A stretch of DNA of 64,000 nt from positions 1 through 64,000 of the forward strand of contig CBFGJX010000005.1 of the NCBI GenBank assembly GCA_965649225.1. Direction: 5' to 3'. The notes beneath the pieces were generated by a model that was not told the DNA's origin, ran no database searches, and worked only from the letters and a program-made list of their open reading frames with translations. The stretch's first letter is position 1. Each line of letters begins with the position of its first letter. Positions 11,330 through 20,551 of the stretch are shown here, piece after piece. This DNA comes from a candidate division WOR-3 bacterium. Lineage in GTDB: Bacteria; Hydrothermota; Tepidihabitantia; Tepidihabitantales; Tepidihabitantaceae. The position numbers were made by a program, and so were the translations under genes.

Positions 11330-11916
11330 GAAGAATCGTCCTGATTCTGCTTGTTGTCGTTGTCGTCGGCGTCGCGGGTTTCATCTTCCTGAGGCCAAAA
11401 GGTAAATCCGGGCCGACAGCCAAGGCAAAGAAGCAGACGACAGCAGATTCTGAATCAGAGAAGTCTGGTGGTGCCGGCAGCGGCAAGAGCGCGGGAAGAA
11501 AGGGCGGCTCGAGCCGCAAGACGGCCAAGGCTTCGCTCAAGGCGATGACGAAAGAGGAGCGCAGGGCGCAGATGAAGCGAATCCGCGAGGAGGAGCGCAA
11601 GCGCAAGCGTGAACTCAAGCGCCAGGAGCGAGAGAAGCGCAAGGCACTGCGTCAGGCGCGACGCATGCGTGGCAAGCGCAAGTCAGGCAAGCGCAGCCAG
11701 CAGTTCTATGTGCTGAAAGCGGTTGTGTCGCTGGGCGATGAGAGCTACGCCCTGATTGACGGTCGTCGCGCCAAGGTTGGTGACATCGTCATGGGAAGAC
11801 GGATAGTCGCAATCGAACCCGACCGGCTGGTGGTTGAGGCCTTCGGAAAACGGACTACCGTTCGGGTGGGTGAGAGTCTGCTACCGTCAGGTTTTGGTTA
11901 TGGCAAGCAGCGTTAG
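11326..11916 (+). CDS. PilP/GspC-like protein with a very Lys/Arg-rich linker
   Basis: TM, basic linker, C-terminal LKAV...YALIDG....VGD.V.G.RIVAIEPD.LVV. Confidence 0.65.
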   Translation: MRRIVLILLVVVVVGVAGFIFLRPKGKSGPTAKAKKQTTADSESEKSGGAGSGKSAGRKGGSSRKTAKASLKAMTKEERRAQMKRIREEERKRKRELKRQEREKRKALRQARRMRGKRKSGKRSQQFYVLKAVVSLGDESYALIDGRRAKVGDIVMGRRIVAIEPDRLVVEAFGKRTTVRVGESLLPSGFGYGKQR

Positions 11917-11970
11917 GTTGACTGGGAACGGCCTGCAAGCGTTCGTCGACTTGCACGAGAAAGGAGTATC

Positions 11971-12471
11971 TTGAGACACCGAGTTTTGATCATCATGGGT
12001 TTGGCCGTGGCCCTGCTGGCGGTGTATACCTTCGTTCTCAGGGCGCGGCCTGCCGGCAGTCCGGTCACCGGCGAGACGGAACAGCTACGAACCACGCTGG
12101 CCGCCAAGGCGACGGGCCAGCCCGATGCCGGGGCAAAGCAGCCGTCGAAAACACCCGCACCGGTCGATACGGCGGCTGCAGCTGGCGGTCCTGCTGACCA
12201 GATGGGCACGCCGGGGATTGCGGCAATTCCTGAGCCTGAGGTGTGGAGCAGCGATCCGTTCGTCCGCGACTGGATGCTGACGAACGAGCTTGCGAACCTG
12301 AATCTCAAGGCGATCACGATTGGTGGCAGTGGTTCTTTTGCCCTGATCAACGATCAGATCCTTCAGGAAGGTGACATCATCAACGGCAAGCAGATTATCA
12401 GTATTGAGCCGGACAACGTTGTGCTGGAACAGGGTGGACGCACGTTCACGCTGTTGCTGGGGGAGAGATAA
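11971..12471 (+). CDS. PilP/GspC(GspB/MshK)-like protein
   Basis: TM, Pro/Ala linker, DPF motif, LKAI...FALINDQIL.EGD.I.G..I.SIEPD.VVL. Confidence 0.7.
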   Translation: MRHRVLIIMGLAVALLAVYTFVLRARPAGSPVTGETEQLRTTLAAKATGQPDAGAKQPSKTPAPVDTAAAAGGPADQMGTPGIAAIPEPEVWSSDPFVRDWMLTNELANLNLKAITIGGSGSFALINDQILQEGDIINGKQIISIEPDNVVLEQGGRTFTLLLGER

Positions 12472-12472
12472 G

Positions 12473-14074
12473 ATGAGAAGAACGATGCCAGTTATTGCGG
12501 TTCTGTTCAGTCTGTTCGCCTTCGCGGTGGCTCAGCCGGCTGGACGGGTGAACGTCACGGACGTAACGGTCGACAAACTGCTGGAAGGTGTCCGAGTATC
12601 GGTTGCGTGCAACGGTACTCCGAATGTCAGCTCATACGTGTCGGCCGACCCACCAGCGGTCATCGTTGATATCATGAACGCCACGCTGCGGACAAATCAG
12701 TCCCGGGTTGAGTCCAGATTCTATCCGGTCAGCAGTGTCACCGTCGAGCCGAGCGACGCAATCGAAGGTGTCCGGGTGACGGTGCGTCTGCGTGACATGG
12801 TCCATCACAGCGTTACGGCGGAGGCTGGTTTCGTCGCGATTGACCTTGGAACGCGGCCGCTGCCGAAGGCGCCGGCTGCTGCGAGTTACGAGGCAAAAGA
12901 CCAGTTCGCCGGTCGGCGATTGACAATCTACGTCAAGGATGCCGAGATTGCCGACGTCCTGCGAATGATTGCCAGCCAGTTTTCGCTCAACATTCTTATC
13001 ACCCAGGACGTGAAATCGGTTGTGACGGTCAGGCTGAGCGACGTGCCACTGCGACTCGGACTCGATGCCTTGCTGAAGGCGGCGCTTTGCAACATGATTG
13101 AAGGGCCGGGCGGGGTAATCATTGTCAAGCCACAGCGCAAGGAGATGTTTGGCGAGATGGAGACGCGGGTCTTCCATCTTGACTATCTCGAGGCGGTGGA
13201 CGTTCTCAAGTCGATCGTCCACACGATGAGCCAGCAGGGCAAAGCCGAACAGGGCTGGCGGCGGGTCGGCGATGGTGGCGGTTCGGACCGCAACTCCTTC
13301 ATCGTTGTTACCGACTATCCGGAAGCCCTCGACCGGGTGGCTCAGGTCATCGCCGAGATGGACCGTCCCAGTCAACAGGTGCTGATCCAGGCCAAGTTCG
13401 TCGAGGTTAACGTCAACGACGAAGACCGGTTTGGCATCGACTGGAAACTTGCGGCGGGCGCCGCGTCGGGCAAGGTCGACATCGGCGACGAGGCAGCGTT
13501 CCCGTTGATATTCAACAACATGGTTCTCGGCAAGGTCTCGTTCGACAAGATCAGCGCCTCGCTTGAGCTGCTTTCGACTCAGAACCGGGCACGGGTGCTG
13601 GCGAGCCCCGAGATCATGACGCTGGACAACCAGCGAGCCAAGGTAGAGATGGGGACTGATTTCCCGCTGCGGGAAGTGACCAGCGACCCGCGTACCGGTC
13701 TGGTGACCTATACCTGGCGGACCCGGACAATACCGGTGGCGCTGGAAGTTACGCCGCATGTGACTTCGGACGGTCGAATCACGATGTACGTCAAGCCGAA
13801 TGCCGAGCAGATAACCGGTTACACCGGTTCGGCTGACGAACAGCGTCCGATTATCTCCAAGCGGACGGCCGAGACTCAGATTACCCTCGCTGATGGTGAG
13901 GCGGCGGTAATCGGCGGGTTGATTCGTGAGGGTGAGGTCAAGACAGTGGGCAAGATACCGCTGCTGGGTGACATCCCGATACTGGGCCACCTGTTCAAGA
14001 AGACCTCAATCCAGCGCACGAAGACAGACCTGATGATAATCATTTCGCCGCACATCGTGCGGGCGGAGGGCTAG
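12473..14074 (+). CDS. pilQ: Secretin PilQ
   Basis: Signal peptide, AMIN-like domain, STN/N domains, QVLIQAKFVEV, KIPLLGDIPILG.LFK. Confidence 0.95.
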   Translation: MRRTMPVIAVLFSLFAFAVAQPAGRVNVTDVTVDKLLEGVRVSVACNGTPNVSSYVSADPPAVIVDIMNATLRTNQSRVESRFYPVSSVTVEPSDAIEGVRVTVRLRDMVHHSVTAEAGFVAIDLGTRPLPKAPAAASYEAKDQFAGRRLTIYVKDAEIADVLRMIASQFSLNILITQDVKSVVTVRLSDVPLRLGLDALLKAALCNMIEGPGGVIIVKPQRKEMFGEMETRVFHLDYLEAVDVLKSIVHTMSQQGKAEQGWRRVGDGGGSDRNSFIVVTDYPEALDRVAQVIAEMDRPSQQVLIQAKFVEVNVNDEDRFGIDWKLAAGAASGKVDIGDEAAFPLIFNNMVLGKVSFDKISASLELLSTQNRARVLASPEIMTLDNQRAKVEMGTDFPLREVTSDPRTGLVTYTWRTRTIPVALEVTPHVTSDGRITMYVKPNAEQITGYTGSADEQRPIISKRTAETQITLADGEAAVIGGLIREGEVKTVGKIPLLGDIPILGHLFKKTSIQRTKTDLMIIISPHIVRAEG

Positions 14075-14092
14075 TGTCCGGACTGGCCGCGA

Positions 14093-15223
14093 ATGAATAT
14101 CGATGAACTGCTGCGTTATGCGGCGAAGTATGGAGCTTCTGATCTTCACATAACGGTCGGCAATCCCCCGATTATTCGGGTGCAGGGCCGGCTGAAAAAG
14201 ATCCCGGGACCAGCGCTTGCGCCAGAAGATGCGCAGGCGCTGGTCTATTCATTACTCACCGATGAGCAGCGCGCGGCGGTTGAGCGCCGTCGTGAACTTG
14301 ACCTGTCCTATACCTGGGGCGCATCGAGCAGCCAGCGAACAGCCGCTGACTCGGTCAGCGTCGACTACATTACACCCGAGCGAATCCGCGCCCGGGTCAA
14401 CGTTTTCCTTGATCATTCCGGCATCGGCGGTGCATTTCGAATAATCCCGGGACGAATCAGAACACTTGAAGAGCTACCGGCACCGCCGTCGGTGGCGGAG
14501 ATGACTCGATATCCTTCCGGACTCGTGCTGGTAACCGGCCCGACCGGCTGTGGCAAGTCAACGACGCTGGCGAGTATGATTGACCGGATCGATTCCGAGC
14601 GGTCGGTCCGGGTGATAACGATTGAGGACCCGATCGAGTACATTTTCCGCGGCCAGAACTGTCTCATCAGCCAGCGCGAAATCGGCACCCACTCAGTTTC
14701 CTTCAGCGCTGCACTGCGCGCCTGCCTGCGTGAGGACCCGGATGTGATACTGGTCGGCGAGATGCGGGACCTGGAGACGATCCGGCTCGCCCTGACTGCC
14801 GCGGAAACTGGCCATCTGGTGCTTTCGACACTGCATACCAACAGCGTTGCCCAGACGGTCGATCGGGTGATCGATGTGTTTCCGCTTGACCAGCACGACT
14901 ATGTCCGGCAGATACTGGCCAACGTCATTCGAGGCATAATTTCTCAGACGTTGGTGCCACGCAAGGATGGGCGGGGGCGTGTTGCGGTGATGGAGGTGCT
15001 GGTCGCGACGACGGCGGTGAAGAACATGATTCGGGAGAGCAAGTCGCACCAGCTCGCTTCGCTGGTGCAGACCGGCTCGCAGTACGGCATGCAGAGTCTG
15101 GATCAGTGCCTCACGCAACTGGTGCGCAAGGGATTGATTGCCAACGATGTTGCCTACGCGCTGGCGACCGAAAAGAAGTTGTTCGCGACGACTGATTCGG
15201 AGTTGCGGGGGTCGGTCGACTAG
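14093..15223 (+). CDS. pilT: Pilus retraction ATPase PilT
   Basis: ASDLHI, GPTGCGKST, TIEDPIE, LREDPDVILVGEMRD, TGHLV.STLH, AVKNMIRE. Confidence 0.95.
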   Translation: MNIDELLRYAAKYGASDLHITVGNPPIIRVQGRLKKIPGPALAPEDAQALVYSLLTDEQRAAVERRRELDLSYTWGASSSQRTAADSVSVDYITPERIRARVNVFLDHSGIGGAFRIIPGRIRTLEELPAPPSVAEMTRYPSGLVLVTGPTGCGKSTTLASMIDRIDSERSVRVITIEDPIEYIFRGQNCLISQREIGTHSVSFSAALRACLREDPDVILVGEMRDLETIRLALTAAETGHLVLSTLHTNSVAQTVDRVIDVFPLDQHDYVRQILANVIRGIISQTLVPRKDGRGRVAVMEVLVATTAVKNMIRESKSHQLASLVQTGSQYGMQSLDQCLTQLVRKGLIANDVAYALATEKKLFATTDSELRGSVD

Positions 15224-16011
15224 TGGTCTGGGCAGTCACGGCCCTGCTCGGTCTTGTTTTCGGCAGCTTTCTGAATGTCTGCATCTACCGTATTCCCCGC
15301 AACCAGTCGATCAGCTATCCTCCTTCCCACTGCCCGCGCTGCCGCCGAACGATTCGGCCCTGGGACAACATTCCAGTTTTGAGCTATGTTCTGCTCCGCG
15401 GTCGGTGTCGTGATTGCCACGCGGTGATTTCGGTTCGCTATCCGCTGGTTGAACTGCTCACCGGCGGTCTTTTTGTCGCTGCACTGGCCCGGTTCGGTGT
15501 CGGCTGGCCCCTGGCCCGGGCACTGGTGTTTGTCTGCCTGCTGGTGGTTACGGCAATGATCGACATCGACCATTTCATCCTGCCTTACCGGCTGACAATA
15601 CCGGGGTTGCTGCTGGGAATCGCGAGCAGCGCCCTGCCGCCGCCGGCGGTTGTCGATTCAGTTGTCGGAACTGCGATCGGGGCGGGCTTCGTTCTTGGCG
15701 CGTGGCTTTTGTGGCGGTTTGTACTGGCCGGTATGTTCAAAAGGTTTGGAGTTGACCAGCGGGAAGGCATGGGCTGGGGGGACCTGCCGTATGCGGCGAT
15801 GATTGGAGCATTCATCGGCTGGCGCAGCCTGATAGTCGGACTGTTTGCTGCAGTGGCGGCCGGAGTGGTAGTAGGGATGCTTGGTCGCTGGACGGGCCGT
15901 CTGGGTCGGGGGCAACCGATGCCGTTTGGCCCATTTCTTGCCCTTGGTGGACTGGTCGGGCTGTTCTTCGGGGAGAAAGTGCTGAACTGGTATCTGACTC
16001 TGCTGGTTTAG
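15223..16011 (+). CDS. pilD: Prepilin peptidase/N-methyltransferase
   Basis: GSFLNVCIYRIP, CPRC/CRDC, ID, GMGWGD, PFGPFL. Confidence 0.96.
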   Translation: MVWAVTALLGLVFGSFLNVCIYRIPRNQSISYPPSHCPRCRRTIRPWDNIPVLSYVLLRGRCRDCHAVISVRYPLVELLTGGLFVAALARFGVGWPLARALVFVCLLVVTAMIDIDHFILPYRLTIPGLLLGIASSALPPPAVVDSVVGTAIGAGFVLGAWLLWRFVLAGMFKRFGVDQREGMGWGDLPYAAMIGAFIGWRSLIVGLFAAVAAGVVVGMLGRWTGRLGRGQPMPFGPFLALGGLVGLFFGEKVLNWYLTLLV

Positions 16012-16036
16012 CCAGCCGGTGGGCGAAAAGATAACC

Positions 16037-16059
16037 GGGGGAGGCGACAAACCTCCCCC
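16037..16059. terminator. Hairpin between convergent pilD and the OmpA-family gene
   Basis: GGGGGAGG-7 nt-CCTCCCCC. Confidence 0.6.
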
Positions 16060-16077
16060 AGTCGCTGTCAGTCGGAA

Positions 16078-17982
16078 TTACTTGAGAATCACGAAGTCGA
16101 CCCGACGGTTGAGCTGACGGCCTTCCTCAGTCGCATTGGACGCAACCGGTTGCGTGGGGCCATAACCTTTGGCAACCAGGCGCTGGGCATCAATACCCCC
16201 GTACTGAACGAGGTAGTTGACGACGGCATAGGCACGGCGTTCGGACAGAGTCTGATTGGCTGCTGCCGAGCCGATGCTGTCGGTGTGGCCCTGAATTTCA
16301 ACCCGGATGTCAGGGTTGTCTTTGAGGATCTGAGCCGCTTCGTTGAGCGCGACGTAGGATTCAGGACGCAGTGTTGCCTTGCCGAACTCGAAATAGACGC
16401 CCCGGAGAGTGATGACCATGCCCTTCTGGACAAGTTCGAAGTTCCTGGTTGTCGAGTCGTCCTTGGCGATGGTGAAGCTGGCGGTCTGCGGCAGATAACC
16501 TTCGGCCTCGACCTTGACGTCGTAGGAACCTACCGGCAGTTCAACGCCAAATGCACCGCTGGTCGGGTCGGTGCCGATGGCCGGACGCTGCGTATTGGTG
16601 AAAGCGATGGTCGCTGCGAGGGCGGCACCGGTCTTGCGGTCAGTGACCTTGCCACCAAACCAGCCTTTCATGTTTTCGGCTACCAGCGCAAACTCGATGC
16701 GGGTTACGCCGCCGTCCTCGACTTCCACCAGCCGCTGATCGGTGAAGTAGCCGGCTTTGGCTGCTTCGATGCTGACCAGTCCGGCCGGGACCCGGTCGGT
16801 CCGGAAGAAGCCGGTCTTCTCGTTGGCATCAACCGGAGCGATATCGCTGTCCGGGAAGCGGAGCTGAGCAGCCATCGGTTTGCCGGTATGCTTGTCATAG
16901 ACTCGGCCGGCAATCGTGCCGTAGGGCACGAGCGGCTTGAGGTCAAAGTTGTAGGTGGCGTAGCCGCCGTCAGTCACAACCAGCGGAACGGCTTCAGGGA
17001 TATAGCCTTCAGCCGATGCCTCGACGATGATGACTCCGGTCGGTGCTTTCTGCAGGTAGAAGATGCCGGTCTCGGAGTCGGTCTTCATCCGACGGAAGCG
17101 GCGGTTGGGGGAGGTGATGGTAGCGGCAAGCGGCATGCCGGTCCGGGCATCGCGGACTTTGCCGGCCAGCCGTCCCCACGGTTTCGGTTTGGGTTTCGGG
17201 AATGGTGAAACGAAGCTGAAACCGACGATTGCTTCGTAATCAGGGACACTGTCGGTCAGACCGAGTTCAACACCGCCGTTGAGATGGAAGTAGGGAATCT
17301 TGATGCGCACGCCCGGGGTGATGCGGGCGCTGGCGGTCTTGTCGAGGAAGCCGCCCCCGGCGACGGGTTCCGAAGTCGCTTCGATAAACAGGTCGATTGC
17401 GTCGGACGCCATTTCGATTCCGACCCCGGCGAAGCGCGGCACATCATCGGAAAAGCCCTGACCGTAATTGACAATCAGTGTCGGCAGAGTCTTGTAGATG
17501 TCCCAGAGCCGGAGGGCGCCGATGGCACGCCAGTAAGCGCCCTTGCGGGCAAGCCCTTCCAGGTATCCGGGCCGGCTGTGGTCAGATTTCTCCATCGCGT
17601 AGTGAGCGGAGCCGGCCAGTTTCAGCACCGGCAGGAAAGGAAAAGAAAGTTTGGCGCCGAGAATCTGCCCCTGCCAGTCGTACTTCAGCGAGTTGACATC
17701 AGTCTCGTAACTTAGAACCCCGGCAAGCGAGCCGAACATTTCCAGTACCGGGAATGGCGCGTAACTGATTTCAAAACCATAGAGCGGGCCGAAATAGAGC
17801 ATTGATTCGTGGGGAGTCTGCTGCCGATTCCAGAGCCAGCGGTTGGCAAAAACCAGCGCTCCGTCCTCTTCGACCCGGGCGTCCTGAACGCGGAACAGAC
17901 CACGCCCGCCACCCAGCGCCGGGTCGGCAAGGACCACGCCGGCGGCCAAAAGGAGCAGGGTCATCACTTTGATGGTCTTCAA
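16078..17982 (-). CDS. Outer-membrane protein: N-terminal beta-barrel-like region + 3 carboxypeptidase-regulatory-like repeats + OmpA_C peptidoglycan-binding domain
   Basis: SD GGAGG + TTG; signal peptide; three G.V.D..TG.PL repeats; EIQGHTDS.G...N..LS.RRA, NRRVDF. Confidence 0.88.
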   Translation of the reverse strand: MKTIKVMTLLLLAAGVVLADPALGGGRGLFRVQDARVEEDGALVFANRWLWNRQQTPHESMLYFGPLYGFEISYAPFPVLEMFGSLAGVLSYETDVNSLKYDWQGQILGAKLSFPFLPVLKLAGSAHYAMEKSDHSRPGYLEGLARKGAYWRAIGALRLWDIYKTLPTLIVNYGQGFSDDVPRFAGVGIEMASDAIDLFIEATSEPVAGGGFLDKTASARITPGVRIKIPYFHLNGGVELGLTDSVPDYEAIVGFSFVSPFPKPKPKPWGRLAGKVRDARTGMPLAATITSPNRRFRRMKTDSETGIFYLQKAPTGVIIVEASAEGYIPEAVPLVVTDGGYATYNFDLKPLVPYGTIAGRVYDKHTGKPMAAQLRFPDSDIAPVDANEKTGFFRTDRVPAGLVSIEAAKAGYFTDQRLVEVEDGGVTRIEFALVAENMKGWFGGKVTDRKTGAALAATIAFTNTQRPAIGTDPTSGAFGVELPVGSYDVKVEAEGYLPQTASFTIAKDDSTTRNFELVQKGMVITLRGVYFEFGKATLRPESYVALNEAAQILKDNPDIRVEIQGHTDSIGSAAANQTLSERRAYAVVNYLVQYGGIDAQRLVAKGYGPTQPVASNATEEGRQLNRRVDFVILK

Positions 17983-18040
17983 GTTACCTCCTTGCAGGCA
18001 CAACCTGCTTTTGACTATAGACTACACCGGCCGACATAAG

Positions 18041-18068
18041 ATTCTACCCATCAGTTTAGCTTTGTCAA
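18041..18068 (-). promoter_or_regulatory. sigma70-type promoter
   Basis: Minus strand TTGACA-16 bp-TAGAAT. Confidence 0.75.
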
Positions 18069-18104
18069 AGTCGGTTGATGTCAGTCTCATATCCAACAGC
18101 AGAA

Positions 18105-18140
18105 CGAGCAGGGGAGGCGAAAAATCACCTCCCCTGCTCG
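18105..18140 (-). terminator. Intrinsic terminator
   Basis: CGAGCAGGGGAGG...CCTCCCCTGCTCG, 13-bp stem after the stop of 18149..20362. Confidence 0.75.
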
Positions 18141-18148
18141 CGTCATGA

Positions 18149-20362
18149 TCAGCGACCGAGGATGACGAATTCGACGCGCCGGTTGAGCGCCCGGCCGTCG
18201 GGAGTTGAGTTGTCGGCAACAGGCATCGACTCACCGTAGCCGCGGGCAACGAGCCGGTTGCGGTCGATGCCAAAGTTCTGGACAAGGTAGTTAACAACGG
18301 CGTTGGCCCGGCCGTCAGACAGGCGCAGGTTGTATTCGTCGGAGCCCTGACTGTCGGTGTGGCCCTGGATTTCAACCCGGATGGTGGGGTTGTCTTTGAG
18401 GATCTGGGCAGCATCGGCAAGTGCCGGTCGGGATTCCGGCTTGATGGTCGTCTTGTTGACGTCGAAGTAGATGCCGCGCAGGGTGATGCTCATCCCTTCC
18501 TTGACGAGGGCGAAGTCGCGGATCTGCGGCTTGTCGGGCTCGATGATGAGGGCGGCACTCTGGCCGATGTAGCCTTCGGAAGATACGGTGACGGCGTAAG
18601 AACCGGGTGGCAGTTCGGTGCTGTAGACGCCGGTGGTCGGGTCGGTGCTGACGGCAGCCAGATCGGTGTTGGGGAAGGAAATCGTTGCCGCGAGGCCGGT
18701 GCCGTCCTTTTTGTCCGATACTTTGCCACTCAGTTTGACCTTGGGTGTAGCGGTGCTGGAAAGCTGGAAATTGCGCACCACTGGCTTGTTCTGTTCGGCG
18801 ACGAGCGCTTCGGTGAGGTCAAAGTAATCGGGGAACGAGACCTTGAGGGCATAGGAGCCGGCGGGGATTTCCGCCGAGAATACGCCTGTACCGGGGTCGG
18901 CCTTGATGTCGGGAATCGAGCTGCCGGGGAAGCTGATTGTTGCGCCGAGCGGGGCGCCGGTGGCCTTGTCGGACACCTTGCCGGTGAAGGTCGTCTTGGT
19001 GACACTGGAAACCAGTTCAAAACGCGGTGCCGCGACACGGTCTTCCTCGACAGTCACGGTCTGGGTACCGGTGTAATAGCCTTCAGCCGAAGCGGTGAGG
19101 GAGTAGATGCCGACCGGAACGTTCTCGACCTTGAATGCGCCGGTGGCCGGATCGGTCTCAATCGCAGCGAGCTGAGAGCCGGGGAATTCAACCCGGGCAG
19201 TGAGAGGTCGGCGGGTGGTGGCATCGACGACAGTGCCGGCAATGATGCCGTAGGTGACGAGTGGCCGCAGCTTGAACTCGTATTGCGAAACGGTGTTGCC
19301 GGTCACATTCACCGGTACCGACTGGCGCTGATAGCCTTCCATCGAAACATCGACTACCACGACTCCGGCCGGAACTTTGTCAACACGGAACACGCCGGTG
19401 ACCGGGTCGGCGGTGAGCGGCTTCAGCTTGGGGTTCTCGGGGAAAGCGACGCTGGCCGCAAGCGGGGCGCCGGTGCGGGCATCGGTGACGGTGGCGACGA
19501 TTGTGCCGAGTTGCGGTGGCAGGCGGCGGCCGAACGGGGTCGCAATGCTCATGCCGATGACGAGCTCGTCCGGAGTCTTCGGTCGCGAGGCGATGGTGTA
19601 ACCGAGCTTGAATGTCAGGCCGGAAGTGGCCTTGCCAAAGGCGACGCCGGGCGTCAGGCGAAAGTCGGTGTATTCATCCTTGTTCAGGATGTTGTTGAAG
19701 CCGGGAAAAGTTGCGTCAGGATTGCGCTGCAGGGCGCGGGCATCGAGGAAAAGCGCGAAGCCTTTGGCGGCGAGTTCGATTCCGGCGGCGTAAAGGTCAT
19801 ATTCGCCGACTCGACCAAAATTGAACAGAAAATTGGGCAGGCTCTTGGCCACGTCCTGAAGCTGCAGTGAGGCGAGGCCAGCCCAGGCGAGCTTGTCGGC
19901 CATCGGCACGGCAAACGGATCAAACCAGCGGTCCTCCCGCTGCATGAAGGTATAGGAAGCCATGCCACCCAGTTTCAATACCGGGATTACCGGTATCGAA
20001 AGCTTGGCACCGGCTTTGAGGTCGTGGGTTCCGATTTCAAGCGAGCGGGCGTCTTCCGGGCGCTCGGCATACTGGAATACCCCGCCGAAAGAGCCGAACA
20101 GCTCCAGCCCCAGATACTTTGTTGCCAGCGGGGCGTAATTCAGCTCTGGAGCGATGAGGTCGGCTTCGAATTCCTTCTGGGGTACAATGTCGCCGAAGGT
20201 CGAGTAGTGGCCGAGGGCATGGAGCGATATCGAAAGCCCGGCCTCATTCTCTACCAGCGGATTCTGGACGCGAAACAGACCACGGCCACCGCCAATGCCC
20301 GGGTAGGCCCAAACCAGCAGTGGCAGTGCGAGCAGCAGTGCGAACACTTTTCTTTGGGTCAC
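18149..20362 (-). CDS. Paralogous OM protein: barrel-like region + 4 carboxypeptidase-regulatory-like repeats + OmpA_C
   Basis: SD AAGGAGG + GTG; GGGRGLFRVQ shared with the paralog; four repeats; EIQGHTDSQG, NRRVEF. Confidence 0.88.
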   Translation of the reverse strand: MTQRKVFALLLALPLLVWAYPGIGGGRGLFRVQNPLVENEAGLSISLHALGHYSTFGDIVPQKEFEADLIAPELNYAPLATKYLGLELFGSFGGVFQYAERPEDARSLEIGTHDLKAGAKLSIPVIPVLKLGGMASYTFMQREDRWFDPFAVPMADKLAWAGLASLQLQDVAKSLPNFLFNFGRVGEYDLYAAGIELAAKGFALFLDARALQRNPDATFPGFNNILNKDEYTDFRLTPGVAFGKATSGLTFKLGYTIASRPKTPDELVIGMSIATPFGRRLPPQLGTIVATVTDARTGAPLAASVAFPENPKLKPLTADPVTGVFRVDKVPAGVVVVDVSMEGYQRQSVPVNVTGNTVSQYEFKLRPLVTYGIIAGTVVDATTRRPLTARVEFPGSQLAAIETDPATGAFKVENVPVGIYSLTASAEGYYTGTQTVTVEEDRVAAPRFELVSSVTKTTFTGKVSDKATGAPLGATISFPGSSIPDIKADPGTGVFSAEIPAGSYALKVSFPDYFDLTEALVAEQNKPVVRNFQLSSTATPKVKLSGKVSDKKDGTGLAATISFPNTDLAAVSTDPTTGVYSTELPPGSYAVTVSSEGYIGQSAALIIEPDKPQIRDFALVKEGMSITLRGIYFDVNKTTIKPESRPALADAAQILKDNPTIRVEIQGHTDSQGSDEYNLRLSDGRANAVVNYLVQNFGIDRNRLVARGYGESMPVADNSTPDGRALNRRVEFVILGR

Positions 20363-20443
20363 GCGAACCTCCTTATTGGTTGCCTTGTTGTCCACCGAAA
20401 AACGTGATACTCCGTCGTCCGCCATCATGTCGTCGCCGGTTAG

Positions 20444-20471
20444 AGCATAGATGACAGCGTAGCTTTGTCAA
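20444..20471 (-). promoter_or_regulatory. sigma70-type promoter
   Basis: Minus strand TTGACA-16 bp-TATGCT; TTGACAAAGCTA identical to the paralog's promoter. Confidence 0.7.
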
Positions 20472-20497
20472 GTGACCATAAGACAGCAAATTAAATC

Positions 20498-20523
20498 CAG
20501 CGGCCGCCACTTGGCGGCCGCTG
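20498..20523 (-). terminator. Intrinsic terminator
   Basis: Inverted repeat CAGCGGCCGCCA-CT-TGGCGGCCGCTG followed by GATTTAATTT on minus. Confidence 0.7.
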
Positions 20524-20551
20524 AGGCTAAGCTAAAAACCGGGGAGAAGCG

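Noticed and set aside
2552..16011. Calling the cluster a plain type II secretion system
   Set aside because: PilT, PilM and an AMIN-type secretin indicate a retractile type IVa pilus despite the GspG-like motifs
16150..19870. Long antisense ORFs (also 8819..9931, 12632..13990, 54248..55492, 56771..57994, 59719..61101, 61997..63118)
   Set aside because: Shadow frames of GC-rich, codon-biased genes; no recognisable motifs
20375..20440. Twin GACGAC in the OmpA-paralog leader resembling a guanidine-II (mini-ykkC) RNA
   Set aside because: ACGA motifs are not in hairpin loops and the gene context is wrong
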